Shown here piece by piece: positions 26,885-36,355 of a stretch of DNA of 64,000 bases. The stretch comes from a virus. Below the pieces are notes generated by a model that worked only from the letters and a program-made list of their open reading frames with translations, made no database searches and was not told the origin of the DNA. Positions within the stretch are counted from its first letter, which is position 1. Each line of letters begins with the position of its first letter. The position numbers and the translations under genes are program-made. The stretch lies in the IMG/VR virus record IMGVR_UViG_3300028840_005911, positions 96,001 to 160,000 of that record. One strand, 5' to 3'.

Positions 26885-27024
26885 CTCTTTGGCCTCTTCT
26901 TCGCGCTGATCCTATCCATGTACTCCTGGTAGCATTTGTCGCATAGAATGATACCAAAAGGGAAGAGCTTGGTGGCAACTGCCCTCTTGCAACTATGGCA
27001 TATGTGAACTACCTCTCCCAAACG

Positions 27025-27708
27025 TCAGTCTACCTCCAGCGATAGAAGCTCGTGGTAGGTGCTGAGGACCTTGTCCACGTAGCCATTACGGCCAGGGTCC
27101 CTGTCCTTGACGAGATCCCAGTCCACCTTGCTAGGCCCGCGATTGTACGCTGCGAGGGCGGTGTCGAGATCCCCGTACCACTCCTCGTAGAACCCGAGAA
27201 CCGTGAGACCGCACTTGATGTTGGTCTCCATGTCGAACAGCGACTTCTCTACCTTCAGGATCTCCGCCCAGCTCGGCATGAGCTGCATAAGGCCTTTCGC
27301 CCCGACCTTCGATACCGCCTTGGGGTTGAAGTGTGACTCCCTGTACATGATGGCCATGATGAGCTCGGGGTCTCGGCTGTACTCCTTGGAGTACTTGACG
27401 ATTGACCTGGACAGCCGCTTGCCGAAGCTGAGGTCTATCTTCTTCAGGTACATGATCTTGAGCAGGACAACCGTCTCCTCGTGATTGTTGGACACACTGT
27501 TCCGGATCACAGATAGTGTGGAGATCACCTGCTTATTCTGTGCAGCGGTTTTGCTACCTTGATGCACGCTGAACAGCACCAGCATACCGAGGGTCAACAG
27601 CACTGGTATCGATACCAGCATTATCAGTGCCGGTTTGCCGATAGAGATGATCTTGACCGGCTCAGGCAGTGGGTTCTCCACCGGTTGTAATTTCTTCGCA
27701 GCAGTCAT
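27025..27708 (-). CDS. membrane-anchored lytic transglycosylase (SLT domain)
   Basis: RES.FNPKAVS.VGAKGLMQLMP...ALAAYNRGP. Confidence 0.92.
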   Translation of the reverse strand: MTAAKKLQPVENPLPEPVKIISIGKPALIMLVSIPVLLTLGMLVLFSVHQGSKTAAQNKQVISTLSVIRNSVSNNHEETVVLLKIMYLKKIDLSFGKRLSRSIVKYSKEYSRDPELIMAIMYRESHFNPKAVSKVGAKGLMQLMPSWAEILKVEKSLFDMETNIKCGLTVLGFYEEWYGDLDTALAAYNRGPSKVDWDLVKDRDPGRNGYVDKVLSTYHELLSLEVD

Positions 27709-27853
27709 CGGTTATTTCCTCCGTATAATTTTGCACGAACAATCGGGCGTCTGCCACATCTTTGATCTCCTGGGAGGTCCATTCCTCACGCTCTATGCCG
27801 ACCAGGCATAGGAGATTCCTGATGTGCTTAACCGCTGATTTGATCTCCTTCAT
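27662..27853 (-). CDS. small hypothetical protein
   Basis: 63-aa ORF between dinG and the SLT gene. Confidence 0.5.
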   Translation of the reverse strand: MKEIKSAVKHIRNLLCLVGIEREEWTSQEIKDVADARLFVQNYTEEITDDCCEEITTGGEPTA

Positions 27854-29834
27854 CGCTTCCCTCGAATCCTTTGAGGAAGTGGAAGACGTCCCCGATGTCT
27901 GGAGACTCGTAACAATCCCTTGGGAAAGCGCTCATGAACTGTTGGCCGTAGCCTTTCGTGTTGATTCTGACGTCCAAGACGACTGCTGCTCCATAATCGG
28001 TTTCAGACCTTATGAGTCTTCCAACTCCCTGTTTCATAGAGATTAGCGCTCTGGGTATAGAATACTCGAAGAACGACCTTGAGCCCAGGTGCTTGTTCAT
28101 GTGGTGCAACACAGGATCGTCTGGCGGTATGAAGGGGAGCTTGTCGATAACCAGGCAGCTAAGCGCCTTTCCGGGGATGTCCACACCCTGCCAGAAGGAT
28201 GCTGTGGCCAAGATGACGGCGTTCTGTCCATCCGCCTTCTTGAACCTGTCTATGATCTTGCTCTTGGGCAGTTCACCTTGCATGAGGATATCGAACCCCG
28301 GGAGCCGGAGCTTGGACCTGACCTCCCTCATGTTGCGGTAGGACGTGCAAAGGAGCATGGTCCGGCCGCCGATCTTGTGAGCTATCTCCTGGACGACGTT
28401 AGCCACCTCATCGGACCACCCTCTGTCCCTGGGGTCAGGGAACGGATGATCAGGGACCACCGCAAGAACCCTCGAGGAGTCGAATGGTGTCGGGGTGATC
28501 ATCGAAGAGTACTCCGAAGGTTCGAGACCAAACTGGTCAGCCACGAAGTCGAAGTTGTTGTTTGTGGCCAGGGTTGCGGAGGTGGCTACGAGGGTTTTGC
28601 TGTCCAGAATCTCTTCCCTGAAGAACCCCTGAACGTCTATCATCTTCCCGCACAGGGAGGAATCACCTGCCGCGCCTTTCTCGGTGTAGTACACGAGCCC
28701 GCCGGGCAGTTCCCCATCGAGGCCGAGACAAGCCACTTCGATGGTGGCTGCATGTTCCCGACACTTCTTGGATCGGGCTGTCCACTTCTTCTGTTGGACC
28801 CTCATCGCCCCTGCCGTCTTACCGGAAGTCCCGGAGATATTCTTCTCGAGATTCCTGGCGGCCTTCATATACACCCCAGCGGCATCCTTGAGAGCCTGAA
28901 TCAGGCCGAAGTCGGGACCCAGAGGACGGTCGATGATCTTCTCCCTTCGGGCACCTATCTCGGCGAAGAACAGGTCGGCTGCCTCACCGGCCCTGATTTT
29001 GACGCTCACTCCTCCGATGTTGCTCAGAGACGAGAGGTTAGCCAATGCCCATCCAACGCTTCTGCGATTGACCTGGAACCCCATGAAGTCTCTGGCGATG
29101 TCTACGGCTTCATGGGCTTCGTCCATCACCAAGACCTCATGGTCCGGGAGCAGCTTGACGAACTCCTCGGTACCGGACCGCACCACGAAGTCACTGTACA
29201 GGTAGTGGTAGTTGGTCACGATGATGTGGGGCGGATTATCCTCCTTCCTGGCATTGTAGAGGAAGCACTTGCCCGCCCTCTTGTACTCGCAACTCTCCTT
29301 GATGCACTCATCTGTCTTGCAGCACACCTCTGACCATTGAGATTGGGGGTACTCGACATCCATATCGCTCTTGTCCCCAGTCTCCGTCTTCTGAGACCAG
29401 GCCAGTATGTCTGCCAACCACCTAGGGTAGTTCTCGTAGCTTTCCAGCATAGAGTCCAGCTTGGACTGGCACAGGTAGTTCCCCACACCTTTCATGAGGG
29501 AGAACTCGAGCTCGGGGAGCGGCTTGTCTTTGTACATGCGTCCTTTCAGGATCTCCCTGACGGACGGCAAATCTTTATTGATGAGCTGCTCCTGCAGGGT
29601 GATGTTGGCAGTGACTACCACCACCGGTCCGAACCCCTCCATCGCGTAGAGCGCAGAAGGGATCAGGTAGGCCTGTCCTTTCCCTGTTCCAGTGACCCCC
29701 TCAACTAGAAGGTGCTTGCCGCTGGCTATGGAAGCAGCCACGTTCTCAGACATAGCTATCTGCCCGGGCCTCGGACGGTAGCCTTCAAGCTTCTCTGCTA
29801 CCCACGTGTCGAATATTTCGGCTATCGAAATCAT
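27828..29834 (-). CDS. dinG: DinG/YoaA-family ATP-dependent helicase
   Basis: R.GQ, EG.TGTGK, Fe-S Cys cluster, DEAHE, SATL, FWQGVD.PG, QG.GRLIR; start MISIAEIF at 29834. Confidence 0.93.
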   Translation of the reverse strand: MISIAEIFDTWVAEKLEGYRPRPGQIAMSENVAASIASGKHLLVEGVTGTGKGQAYLIPSALYAMEGFGPVVVVTANITLQEQLINKDLPSVREILKGRMYKDKPLPELEFSLMKGVGNYLCQSKLDSMLESYENYPRWLADILAWSQKTETGDKSDMDVEYPQSQWSEVCCKTDECIKESCEYKRAGKCFLYNARKEDNPPHIIVTNYHYLYSDFVVRSGTEEFVKLLPDHEVLVMDEAHEAVDIARDFMGFQVNRRSVGWALANLSSLSNIGGVSVKIRAGEAADLFFAEIGARREKIIDRPLGPDFGLIQALKDAAGVYMKAARNLEKNISGTSGKTAGAMRVQQKKWTARSKKCREHAATIEVACLGLDGELPGGLVYYTEKGAAGDSSLCGKMIDVQGFFREEILDSKTLVATSATLATNNNFDFVADQFGLEPSEYSSMITPTPFDSSRVLAVVPDHPFPDPRDRGWSDEVANVVQEIAHKIGGRTMLLCTSYRNMREVRSKLRLPGFDILMQGELPKSKIIDRFKKADGQNAVILATASFWQGVDIPGKALSCLVIDKLPFIPPDDPVLHHMNKHLGSRSFFEYSIPRALISMKQGVGRLIRSETDYGAAVVLDVRINTKGYGQQFMSAFPRDCYESPDIGDVFHFLKGFEGSDEGDQISG

Positions 29835-29835
29835 A

Positions 29836-30036
29836 TCAGTACTCTTTCCCCCAAATGTCTGCATCCATCTTCCCGCCCTCAACGAAGTGGACGACATTTT
29901 TTATCCGGAAGTGTCTTCCGTCCTCCAAAGCCACAGCTTCACCTATTTTTGGTATTTCTCGAACCTTGTATGTCCCAACAAGGTGAGGATCTTTATCGCA
30001 ATCCTTCCACAGCCGTATTTCGATAGCCTGGTTCAT
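29836..30036 (-). CDS. small hypothetical protein
   Basis: 66-aa ORF, ATGA overlap. Confidence 0.55.
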   Translation of the reverse strand: MNQAIEIRLWKDCDKDPHLVGTYKVREIPKIGEAVALEDGRHFRIKNVVHFVEGGKMDADIWGKEY

Positions 30037-30458
30037 CTCGTGTCCTCTATTTCTGGGTAAAGTATCTCGTAGGCCTTCTCGTACCTTTTGGACAAGCTCT
30101 CTGGTATATTCTCTTTTCTATTTAGGTGATCGACGACGTCGTAGTACTTTACCAACCTACCAAGCTTGTTCTTGGCTGCGCGGTCTATGAAGTCCATGTA
30201 CTCCTCTCCCTTTCTCCTGGTTACCGCGTCGACCGCTTCCACAATCTCCTCTGTGAATCCGAACTCACGGAGCTCTTCTAGAGTGACCGGGGTGTCCTCC
30301 ACGATGTCGTGCAGCGCGGCCACGATCTTCATCTCGATTGTGTGACAACCCTCCATGACGCTGAGGACATGGAGAATGTAGGGGTGACCAGCCTTATCGA
30401 CCTGGCCCCTGTGAGACTCAGCCGCAAGAATGATAGCGGCGGTCAAATGTTCGTGCAT
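30033..30458 (-). CDS. HD-domain (p)ppGpp hydrolase-like protein (Mesh1/SAH type)
   Basis: A...H.GQ.DKAG.PYI.H...ALHDIVEDT...VK..D..D. Confidence 0.85.
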   Translation of the reverse strand: MHEHLTAAIILAAESHRGQVDKAGHPYILHVLSVMEGCHTIEMKIVAALHDIVEDTPVTLEELREFGFTEEIVEAVDAVTRRKGEEYMDFIDRAAKNKLGRLVKYYDVVDHLNRKENIPESLSKRYEKAYEILYPEIEDTR

Positions 30459-30530
30459 ATTTCCCTCCTTGTAACCTGCCCATCGCTGCCGCCCGCCCTG
30501 AGGAGAGCGGCAGAGTGGAGAGGCCACTTG

Positions 30531-30881
30531 TCAAACTATCTTTGTGCGCAGCACAGTGACATTTTCACCAGATAACTCGTCCACTATTCTGGTGCGGTAG
30601 GCCTCCGGTTTGTACAACCTGGGTATAGTGAATTTGAAGATGACGTCCGTTTTCCTGCAGGTGAATGACCCTTCCTCGTTAGAGAACAGCTCAGTTCCCC
30701 AACCCTGCATGCTAACGTTCTCAAATCCCCCCAAGGCTATAGAAGCTTCACACTCTTGGTAGGCAGGTACCTCAACGAAAACGTACCTGTGCACTAGTCT
30801 GGGAAACAGAGAGATTACGGTTACCGAGATAATGCTACCAAGTAAGAGGCCGGCTGCGAACCACATCACGGTCATCTCCAT
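30531..30881 (-). CDS. membrane-anchored hypothetical protein
   Basis: N-terminal hydrophobic segment. Confidence 0.6.
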   Translation of the reverse strand: MEMTVMWFAAGLLLGSIISVTVISLFPRLVHRYVFVEVPAYQECEASIALGGFENVSMQGWGTELFSNEEGSFTCRKTDVIFKFTIPRLYKPEAYRTRIVDELSGENVTVLRTKIV

Positions 30882-31952
30882 TCAGTTGAGTCCGGCGACC
30901 TCGCCCGCCAGAGACTCGAGCTCGAGACGACGGTGGTCATCCACGTCATCGCTCTTGGCGAACCAGGAGATGGCATTGGAGAAGCGCCACTTGGTGTTGC
31001 CCGGAGGGAGCTCCTCGACGCCGCCCATGTTGAAGACCTCGACGATCTTGTCCATCTCGCTCTTGTTGATCTTGCTGTTCTTCCGGAGCTCCTCGAGGGC
31101 CTCCTTGAGGTTGACCTTCTCCTCGCTGCAGGCCTTCAGCCTGTCCAGGTTCTCCTTCACCTTCTCGGGCTTGAACTGGGCCTCGACCACGTCCCTGGTC
31201 AGGGAGGCCAGGGCCTCGTTGTCCAGCCTGTGGGTCTCGTCGCTGGCCTCTACATCGTCAGGGATGCGGCTGCCGAGATGCACCTTCCTGAGGGCCTCGG
31301 TGCCTGTCATACCGTTCAGGCACGTCAGGCGGATGAACACCTGCCTGAGGCTGAACGCGCCGTCTCCGAAGTCGGAGTTTGACATGGCCATACCGACGAT
31401 CATCGGCTCGCCGGGGAAGGGCTCCACGATATCTGTGAGGCCAACCTGGATGGCAAACTTGGTGTCCATGCATCTAGACCACGTCGGCACGGCGTTGAAC
31501 TTCTGGACCGACTCGATGAAGGCCTCGACGCACAGCGGGGTGTCCAGCCGGCGGTACTTGTCGCTCAGGAACCCCCTGACTTCTCCTCCGACCGTGCGGA
31601 TGAGGTGCCTGGAGGCGTCTCGATGCCCGTAGAGGGTGTTCAGGTTGTGGACCAACAGGTCACGTCCCCAGTTGGTGCTGGAGAGGGTATCCACGAACTT
31701 CCTCTGGAGGCCGACCTTCTCCGTACACTGCTGCATGGCGTGCCGGTGGAGGTTGAATCCCACCTGATCCCCCTTGAAGGGGAACCCCATCTGCACCCTC
31801 TCGGCCACAGGAGCGTGGCTGTAGACGATTTCTGTGGTCGGTGCGAGGTAATCCTTGGGTTGGGACTCTTGGACCCTCTGTAGGGCCTCCTGGGCGTTCT
31901 CACGGCCATTGTTGATGAGTTCCTGGAGCTTATTTCTTGCTGTCTGACTCAT
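30882..31952 (-). CDS. DUF932-like phage protein
   Basis: VRGFLSDKY..LD...SNSD.G.GA.....RL.CLNGM. Confidence 0.7.
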   Translation of the reverse strand: MSQTARNKLQELINNGRENAQEALQRVQESQPKDYLAPTTEIVYSHAPVAERVQMGFPFKGDQVGFNLHRHAMQQCTEKVGLQRKFVDTLSSTNWGRDLLVHNLNTLYGHRDASRHLIRTVGGEVRGFLSDKYRRLDTPLCVEAFIESVQKFNAVPTWSRCMDTKFAIQVGLTDIVEPFPGEPMIVGMAMSNSDFGDGAFSLRQVFIRLTCLNGMTGTEALRKVHLGSRIPDDVEASDETHRLDNEALASLTRDVVEAQFKPEKVKENLDRLKACSEEKVNLKEALEELRKNSKINKSEMDKIVEVFNMGGVEELPPGNTKWRFSNAISWFAKSDDVDDHRRLELESLAGEVAGLN

Positions 31953-31966
31953 GGCGATCTTCCTTC

Positions 31967-32491
31967 CTAGAATTGTTCGATGTCTAACTTTCCCTTGGGG
32001 GTCTGGGAGTAGCTCAAAGAGACTTCAACCTCCCGACCTCCCATGTTCCTGGCTGAGCGCATGGCATCCACGTTGCTCCTCTGCAAGTGAGAGGCCATGC
32101 CGACGTTTGGGTTCCCCACCCTGAGTACTGCCCCGGGTCCGGGGATGTAGTTCTGTCTGCATCTCCCGTTCTCGAGGTTGTTGGTGTCATAGACGGCTGA
32201 CTTGGACAGGACGTGACGCATGTTCAGCTTGCTCAGGTAGTGCTTCAGTGGCAGCCCCTCTTCATAGGCGACCTTGTATTCGCCCGGGGCGTATCCCTGT
32301 ACTCCTGAGATGATGAACACAACAGCTGATGGATCCGTGGCCTCTTTGCTGGCCTCGTTCTGAACCCCCAAAAAGGGGGGTGGTACGAATTCGTCTGGCG
32401 GCTTCTTTTTCTTGGGTTTCTCCTCCTCTTCTTCGCTTTTCCACGGTATGTTCAGTGGGTTGATCAACTGCCATCTCCCCTGAAGAGCCAC
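31967..32491 (-). CDS. hypothetical protein
   Basis: 174-aa ORF in the leftward run. Confidence 0.6.
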   Translation of the reverse strand: MALQGRWQLINPLNIPWKSEEEEEKPKKKKPPDEFVPPPFLGVQNEASKEATDPSAVVFIISGVQGYAPGEYKVAYEEGLPLKHYLSKLNMRHVLSKSAVYDTNNLENGRCRQNYIPGPGAVLRVGNPNVGMASHLQRSNVDAMRSARNMGGREVEVSLSYSQTPKGKLDIEQF

Positions 32492-33321
32492 ATCGGGTCC
32501 TTCTCCCCCCTGAGGACGTAGATGACGTCCAGGATGGCTTTGAACCTGGGGTTCTTCGGGTAGTACTCATGGAGGTGAGTGACCTCCTTCTGGATGATCT
32601 TGCACCTCTCCTTGACATCCTTGGTCAGGGGGAAGTCCGCAGGGTCCTTCGGGATGTAGTTCACCTTGTTCCTGGACCCGGCCTTGGATTTGCCTATCTT
32701 CATCCTACCGGACTTCTTCTTTTTCTTCTCCTCTTTGACCTCTTTCTCTGCAGCGGCCGTGGGCTTGCCTTTGACCTTGGATAGGACCTTGTTCTGCTTC
32801 CTCTTCGGCAGGGAGGACACCTGGGACCCCACCCGGGTGCTGATCCCGCCCTTTTTGGCCGGCTTCTTGGCGGCCTTCTTCACCTGAGCGGTGCCGGACT
32901 TGAGGATCTTCTCGATCTCCTTGATCTTCCTGGCGGTCAGCCCCACGGCCTCCTTGATCTCCTCCGTGGTGGCGTCATGCTTCATCAGACGCTCCACGGC
33001 GTTGACCTGCTCCTCTTTGGTGAGAGGCTCCCGGTTCTCGTTGGCCGTAAAGGAGATGATGAGCGCTTCTTTGTAGGTCACCTGACCGAGGTCAACTACG
33101 TCTATCTCGGTCAGGCCGCATTTCCTGGCAGCTCTGAATCTCCTCTCTCCGTCGATGACGGATGGCTTCTCGTCGTTGTCTATCCTCCCCATGATTATAG
33201 GGGCGACCATCCCCGTCTCTAGGATGGACTCTATCATCTCGATGGGGGGATCTGTGTCCTGTCTCGCGTTGAAGTTCCGTTTGATCTTGACGTCACGTAG
33301 GGGTATCGTCTCCACTTTCAT
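32464..33321 (-). CDS. ParB/Spo0J-like protein
   Basis: N.RQ...SI...G...PI....IDGERRFRAA...ENREPL. Confidence 0.85.
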   Translation of the reverse strand: MKVETIPLRDVKIKRNFNARQDTDPPIEMIESILETGMVAPIIMGRIDNDEKPSVIDGERRFRAARKCGLTEIDVVDLGQVTYKEALIISFTANENREPLTKEEQVNAVERLMKHDATTEEIKEAVGLTARKIKEIEKILKSGTAQVKKAAKKPAKKGGISTRVGSQVSSLPKRKQNKVLSKVKGKPTAAAEKEVKEEKKKKKSGRMKIGKSKAGSRNKVNYIPKDPADFPLTKDVKERCKIIQKEVTHLHEYYPKNPRFKAILDVIYVLRGEKDPMWLFRGDGS

Positions 33322-33643
33322 CCTCCTCGATGGTGACAACCCAAGGTTGTCCGTCTTTGAAATCGATATACCTGGGGACTGGTTCCCCCAGTATTGGCCT
33401 CACGAACTTCATTGGGCCTTTAGGCCTTTCTGGGTCTGCATCAGGATGCAGAAAGACATGGAGGGGATTGGGGACCCACACGGAGCCATCCTCCTTGGAG
33501 AAGATGGTGGATGTCCCGAAGGTCTGTAGGGACTTGGCGGCTATGGTACCGAGAAACATGATGGCCGCAGCCACTACCTGCTCGTCCTTGGACTCGAGCA
33601 TGTCCATGTGGAAATCAACGGCTTCTTCTTCTTCTTCAGTCAC
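33293..33643 (-). CDS. hypothetical protein
   Basis: 116-aa ORF, coupled overlaps. Confidence 0.6.
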   Translation of the reverse strand: MTEEEEEAVDFHMDMLESKDEQVVAAAIMFLGTIAAKSLQTFGTSTIFSKEDGSVWVPNPLHVFLHPDADPERPKGPMKFVRPILGEPVPRYIDFKDGQPWVVTIEEDESGDDTPT

Positions 33644-33846
33644 TTTGAACCCCTCGACCAGGTAATCATGGCGTCGTCGTAATCATCCACTGCTTTCCTG
33701 AGATTGCCCACCAGCTCTGCTGCTTGTGACAGGGACGCAGGTGATATGTCTTTGCCGGTGGTAAAGTCTCTGCCTCCTGTCAACAGTCTTACCAGGGCAG
33801 CCAGTCTGCCTGCGCATTCCAAAGCTCTCTTCTTATCCTTGTTCAT
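33640..33846 (-). CDS. small helical protein
   Basis: MNKDKKRALE... with GGAGG RBS. Confidence 0.55.
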   Translation of the reverse strand: MNKDKKRALECAGRLAALVRLLTGGRDFTTGKDISPASLSQAAELVGNLRKAVDDYDDAMITWSRGSK

Positions 33847-34613
33847 GGAACCTCCTTGGTGTATTCGCAGCTCGCTGCTACTCCACTCTGAAGCACAAAC
33901 CCTTTCTCGGTATGTCCACCGACGGCGGTCGGTACCCATCCTGCATCGATCATGCACATCCACTGCTCGTAGGTAGCCGTCTCGTACCCAAATGCGCTCG
34001 CGCCCGTATCAGCGAGCCACCTCGCCAGTTTTTCTGGCGTGTCGAAGACAGGGCTGATTGGAGATCCTTCTGACACGGTCTCCCATATCTGCCATCCCTC
34101 ACCTGCTGGGGGCTCTTCAGGTTCCCAGAGCTCGTATGCTTCTTTAGCTCCTTTTTTGGTCCAGACGTTACCATCACCTTTACAGGTCTCACAGAGACCC
34201 CAAACCCCCTCCCTCTCTGCCCTGGCTCGTACGCAGACGTATTGGTCGGCACCACTGAATAAGGATGTCGACCTCTGTGACCACTCGTTCACCTGCTCTG
34301 CCGTTATCTTGGGCGGTGGCTCGATCTTCTTCCAGCCGTCCTCCCTGGTCCACATGTGCGTGAAGTCCTTCAGGCAGTTATGCTCGATGAGGGCGTCGAC
34401 CTCGTGCTGGGTGATGTTGTAGCACCACTTGCGGCCAGTATTTGCGAAGTCGTACCAGTCGTCCGAGATCTGCTTCGTCTCCGGATTGTACCCGGACCCG
34501 TCGCAGTAGGGACATCTTTTGCAGTGTTCATAATGCGGATTGATGAACCCTTTCCAGACTTCTCTCAGAGGCCAATCGAAGTCGGGCGCGACCCTCTTTA
34601 CTTCTCTTCCCAT
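33843..34613 (-). CDS. conserved phage protein
   Basis: MGREVKRV..DFDWPL...CPYCDGSG...EPP.GEGWQ.WETVSEGSPISPVF. Confidence 0.8.
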   Translation of the reverse strand: MGREVKRVAPDFDWPLREVWKGFINPHYEHCKRCPYCDGSGYNPETKQISDDWYDFANTGRKWCYNITQHEVDALIEHNCLKDFTHMWTREDGWKKIEPPPKITAEQVNEWSQRSTSLFSGADQYVCVRARAEREGVWGLCETCKGDGNVWTKKGAKEAYELWEPEEPPAGEGWQIWETVSEGSPISPVFDTPEKLARWLADTGASAFGYETATYEQWMCMIDAGWVPTAVGGHTEKGFVLQSGVAASCEYTKEVP

Positions 34614-34705
34614 ATTCTCCTCCTGGTGTTTCCACAGACTAAATCCTGGAGAGGTTTTAGTCAACGGTTGTTTTTGTCGAATGGTTGGACTAAAATGAAG
34701 ACGTT

Positions 34706-35026
34706 ATGATGAAGCTGAGCGGCAAGCGATTCGACTTTGAAGATAAGGCGAGTGATTCTACTTTGCTTGTACCAAAAACTGACGTAAATTTGAAGTCATC
34801 CAGACAGGTCATCAAGTTCTCTACACACGAGCTCAAGATCCTCTCGAAGTTCCGTAAGGAAGTCAACAAGGTGAGAGAGAAGGAAGGGAAGAAGGTCCTT
34901 AGCCTGTCCGACCTCGTCCGGCTCATAGTCCTGGATTTCATTGCCAGTTTGAAGAGTCCATTCTACTTCGTGGACCTCGACGGGACCCTCGAAAAGTGTA
35001 AAAATGACCCTCGAAAGTACGTGTAA
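34706..35026 (+). CDS. putative small DNA-binding regulator (RHH/CopG-like)
   Basis: isolated plus-strand gene; beta strand then SLSDLVR helix. Confidence 0.45.
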   Translation: MMKLSGKRFDFEDKASDSTLLVPKTDVNLKSSRQVIKFSTHELKILSKFRKEVNKVREKEGKKVLSLSDLVRLIVLDFIASLKSPFYFVDLDGTLEKCKNDPRKYV

Positions 35027-35106
35027 TTATTAACGAATTCGTTTACCACGTGGCATAAAATTTCCTTAATGATTACTACGGGTTGCAGAGGCAACTTTTA
35101 CGCTTA

Positions 35107-35142
35107 GACCACTGCCGCAAGGAGGGTATGTCGGCAGTGGTC
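35107..35142. terminator. hairpin at the end of the morphogenesis operon
   Basis: GACCACTGCCG/CGGCAGTGGTC 11-bp stem, no U-tract on the minus strand. Confidence 0.5.
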
Positions 35143-35166
35143 CGGCGGCCGGGACAACCGCCTACC

Positions 35167-35373
35167 TTATATCCTGGGTGCGTAAGCTCGAGGGCCTTCG
35201 ATCTTCTTGGTCTTCAGCTTCACCGCCGGCGTCTTGGTAAGCCGACCTTCGAAGCCGTGAGGGCACTTGTCTATCTTGGACGTGGTATTGCCCTGGATGT
35301 TCTGTTCCAGGACCACGTTGGCGATCTTCTCCAGCTCCTCGAGGAAGGCTGGGAGGAGGTCATGCAGGTCCAT
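35167..35373 (-). CDS. small putative head cargo protein
   Basis: N-terminal FLEELEKIA motif. Confidence 0.6.
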   Translation of the reverse strand: MDLHDLLPAFLEELEKIANVVLEQNIQGNTTSKIDKCPHGFEGRLTKTPAVKLKTKKIEGPRAYAPRI

Positions 35374-35375
35374 TG

Positions 35376-36355
35376 CTACAGGGCCAGCTGATCCGAGGCA
35401 TCCAAGCCAACCAGGGCAAGGGCGCTGACTGCGACGGGCAGAGCGCGCTCGAACTGAATGCCGACGTTCTCCTGGATGATCGTACCCTGGGAGTCGGTGG
35501 CGATGGTGTGGTTCGGGATGTAGCAGGACTCCATGTACACCGCTCCGACCGTGTCCTCGTTGGAGTCACGGAAGTAGGCCATCATCCCAATCGGCTGATT
35601 GAAGAGATCAGAGGCCAGATTGATGTACATGTTCTCGTAGCCCGGCGGGATCTTCACGTTGTGCGCGTTGGCCACGGTTAGAGCCCCGAGGTTGTTCGCC
35701 CCGATGACACTCGGCACCAGAGTGGGCGGGAACAGGTCCTGGTAGTATGCATACAGGACGCGGAGCAGAGAGGGGCCGTGGTAGAGCACGCGGCTCAGAC
35801 CAACCTGGCCCACCGTCCGACCACTGATGAAGAAGGACCGTTCGGACCCGATCTCAAAGATCCGGTTGAACTGCCGGGTGTGACTGAGATTGAAGTTCTG
35901 CACAATCCCGATGGGGAAGACGATGTCGTCACCTGCTCCCTCGGCCAGGCCGGCTCCCACGAACGTCTGGTTTCCGATGTTGGCTAGACGGGGCGGACCT
36001 GCGGCGAGCAAGGTGAAGTTCCCCGAAAGAAATTGCAACCGTTACGAGGGCTGTTTAGACCCTCCCAGGAGTTTCCTCCTGGTGTCGGACTATATCTTCT
36101 CCCCGAAGGGAGCCGGGCACTCGTGGGGCCGCTTATTGCTTACGCTGCTCACAGCCCTAGTCTCTGAACCTTCCGCAGTACTACGTGCGCTTCCTACGGC
36201 TTGGCTGCTGATTCCCACCACCTCAACGTGCTGAGGGTCCCAGCAATTCACCCGGTGCACCTGCATGATTACTCCTGCAGGGGGCCAAATTGACCGTCTA
36301 CCAACCCCGCTTGAACATAGTTCGTATACGGAGCCCACTGAGATAATCTAGCCAT
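35376..36355 (-). CDS. tail tube protein, two exons (36355-36293 + 36035-35376), 240 aa after splicing
   Basis: MARLSQWAPYTNYVQAGLVDG^QFLSGNFTLLAAGPPRL...; IG..QN, FEIGS.R, ESCYI...ENV.IQFER; downstream of the sheath gene. Confidence 0.8.
36036..36292 (-). ncRNA. group I self-splicing intron, 257 nt, no internal ORF
   Basis: P GAATTGCTGGGA (36238-36249), Q AATCAGCAG (36205-36213), R GTTCAGAGACTA (36158-36169), S AAGATATAGTCC (36087-36098); U at the 5' splice site, terminal G; in-frame exon joining. Confidence 0.93.

Noticed and set aside
26945-26960. CTTTTGGTATCATT as a promoter variant
   Set aside because: Lies within a small Cys-rich minus-strand ORF (..KLFPFGIILCDKC..)
36090-36338. 82-aa ORF inside the intron
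   Set aside because: Overlaps the P/Q/R/S catalytic core and has no endonuclease motif; spurious
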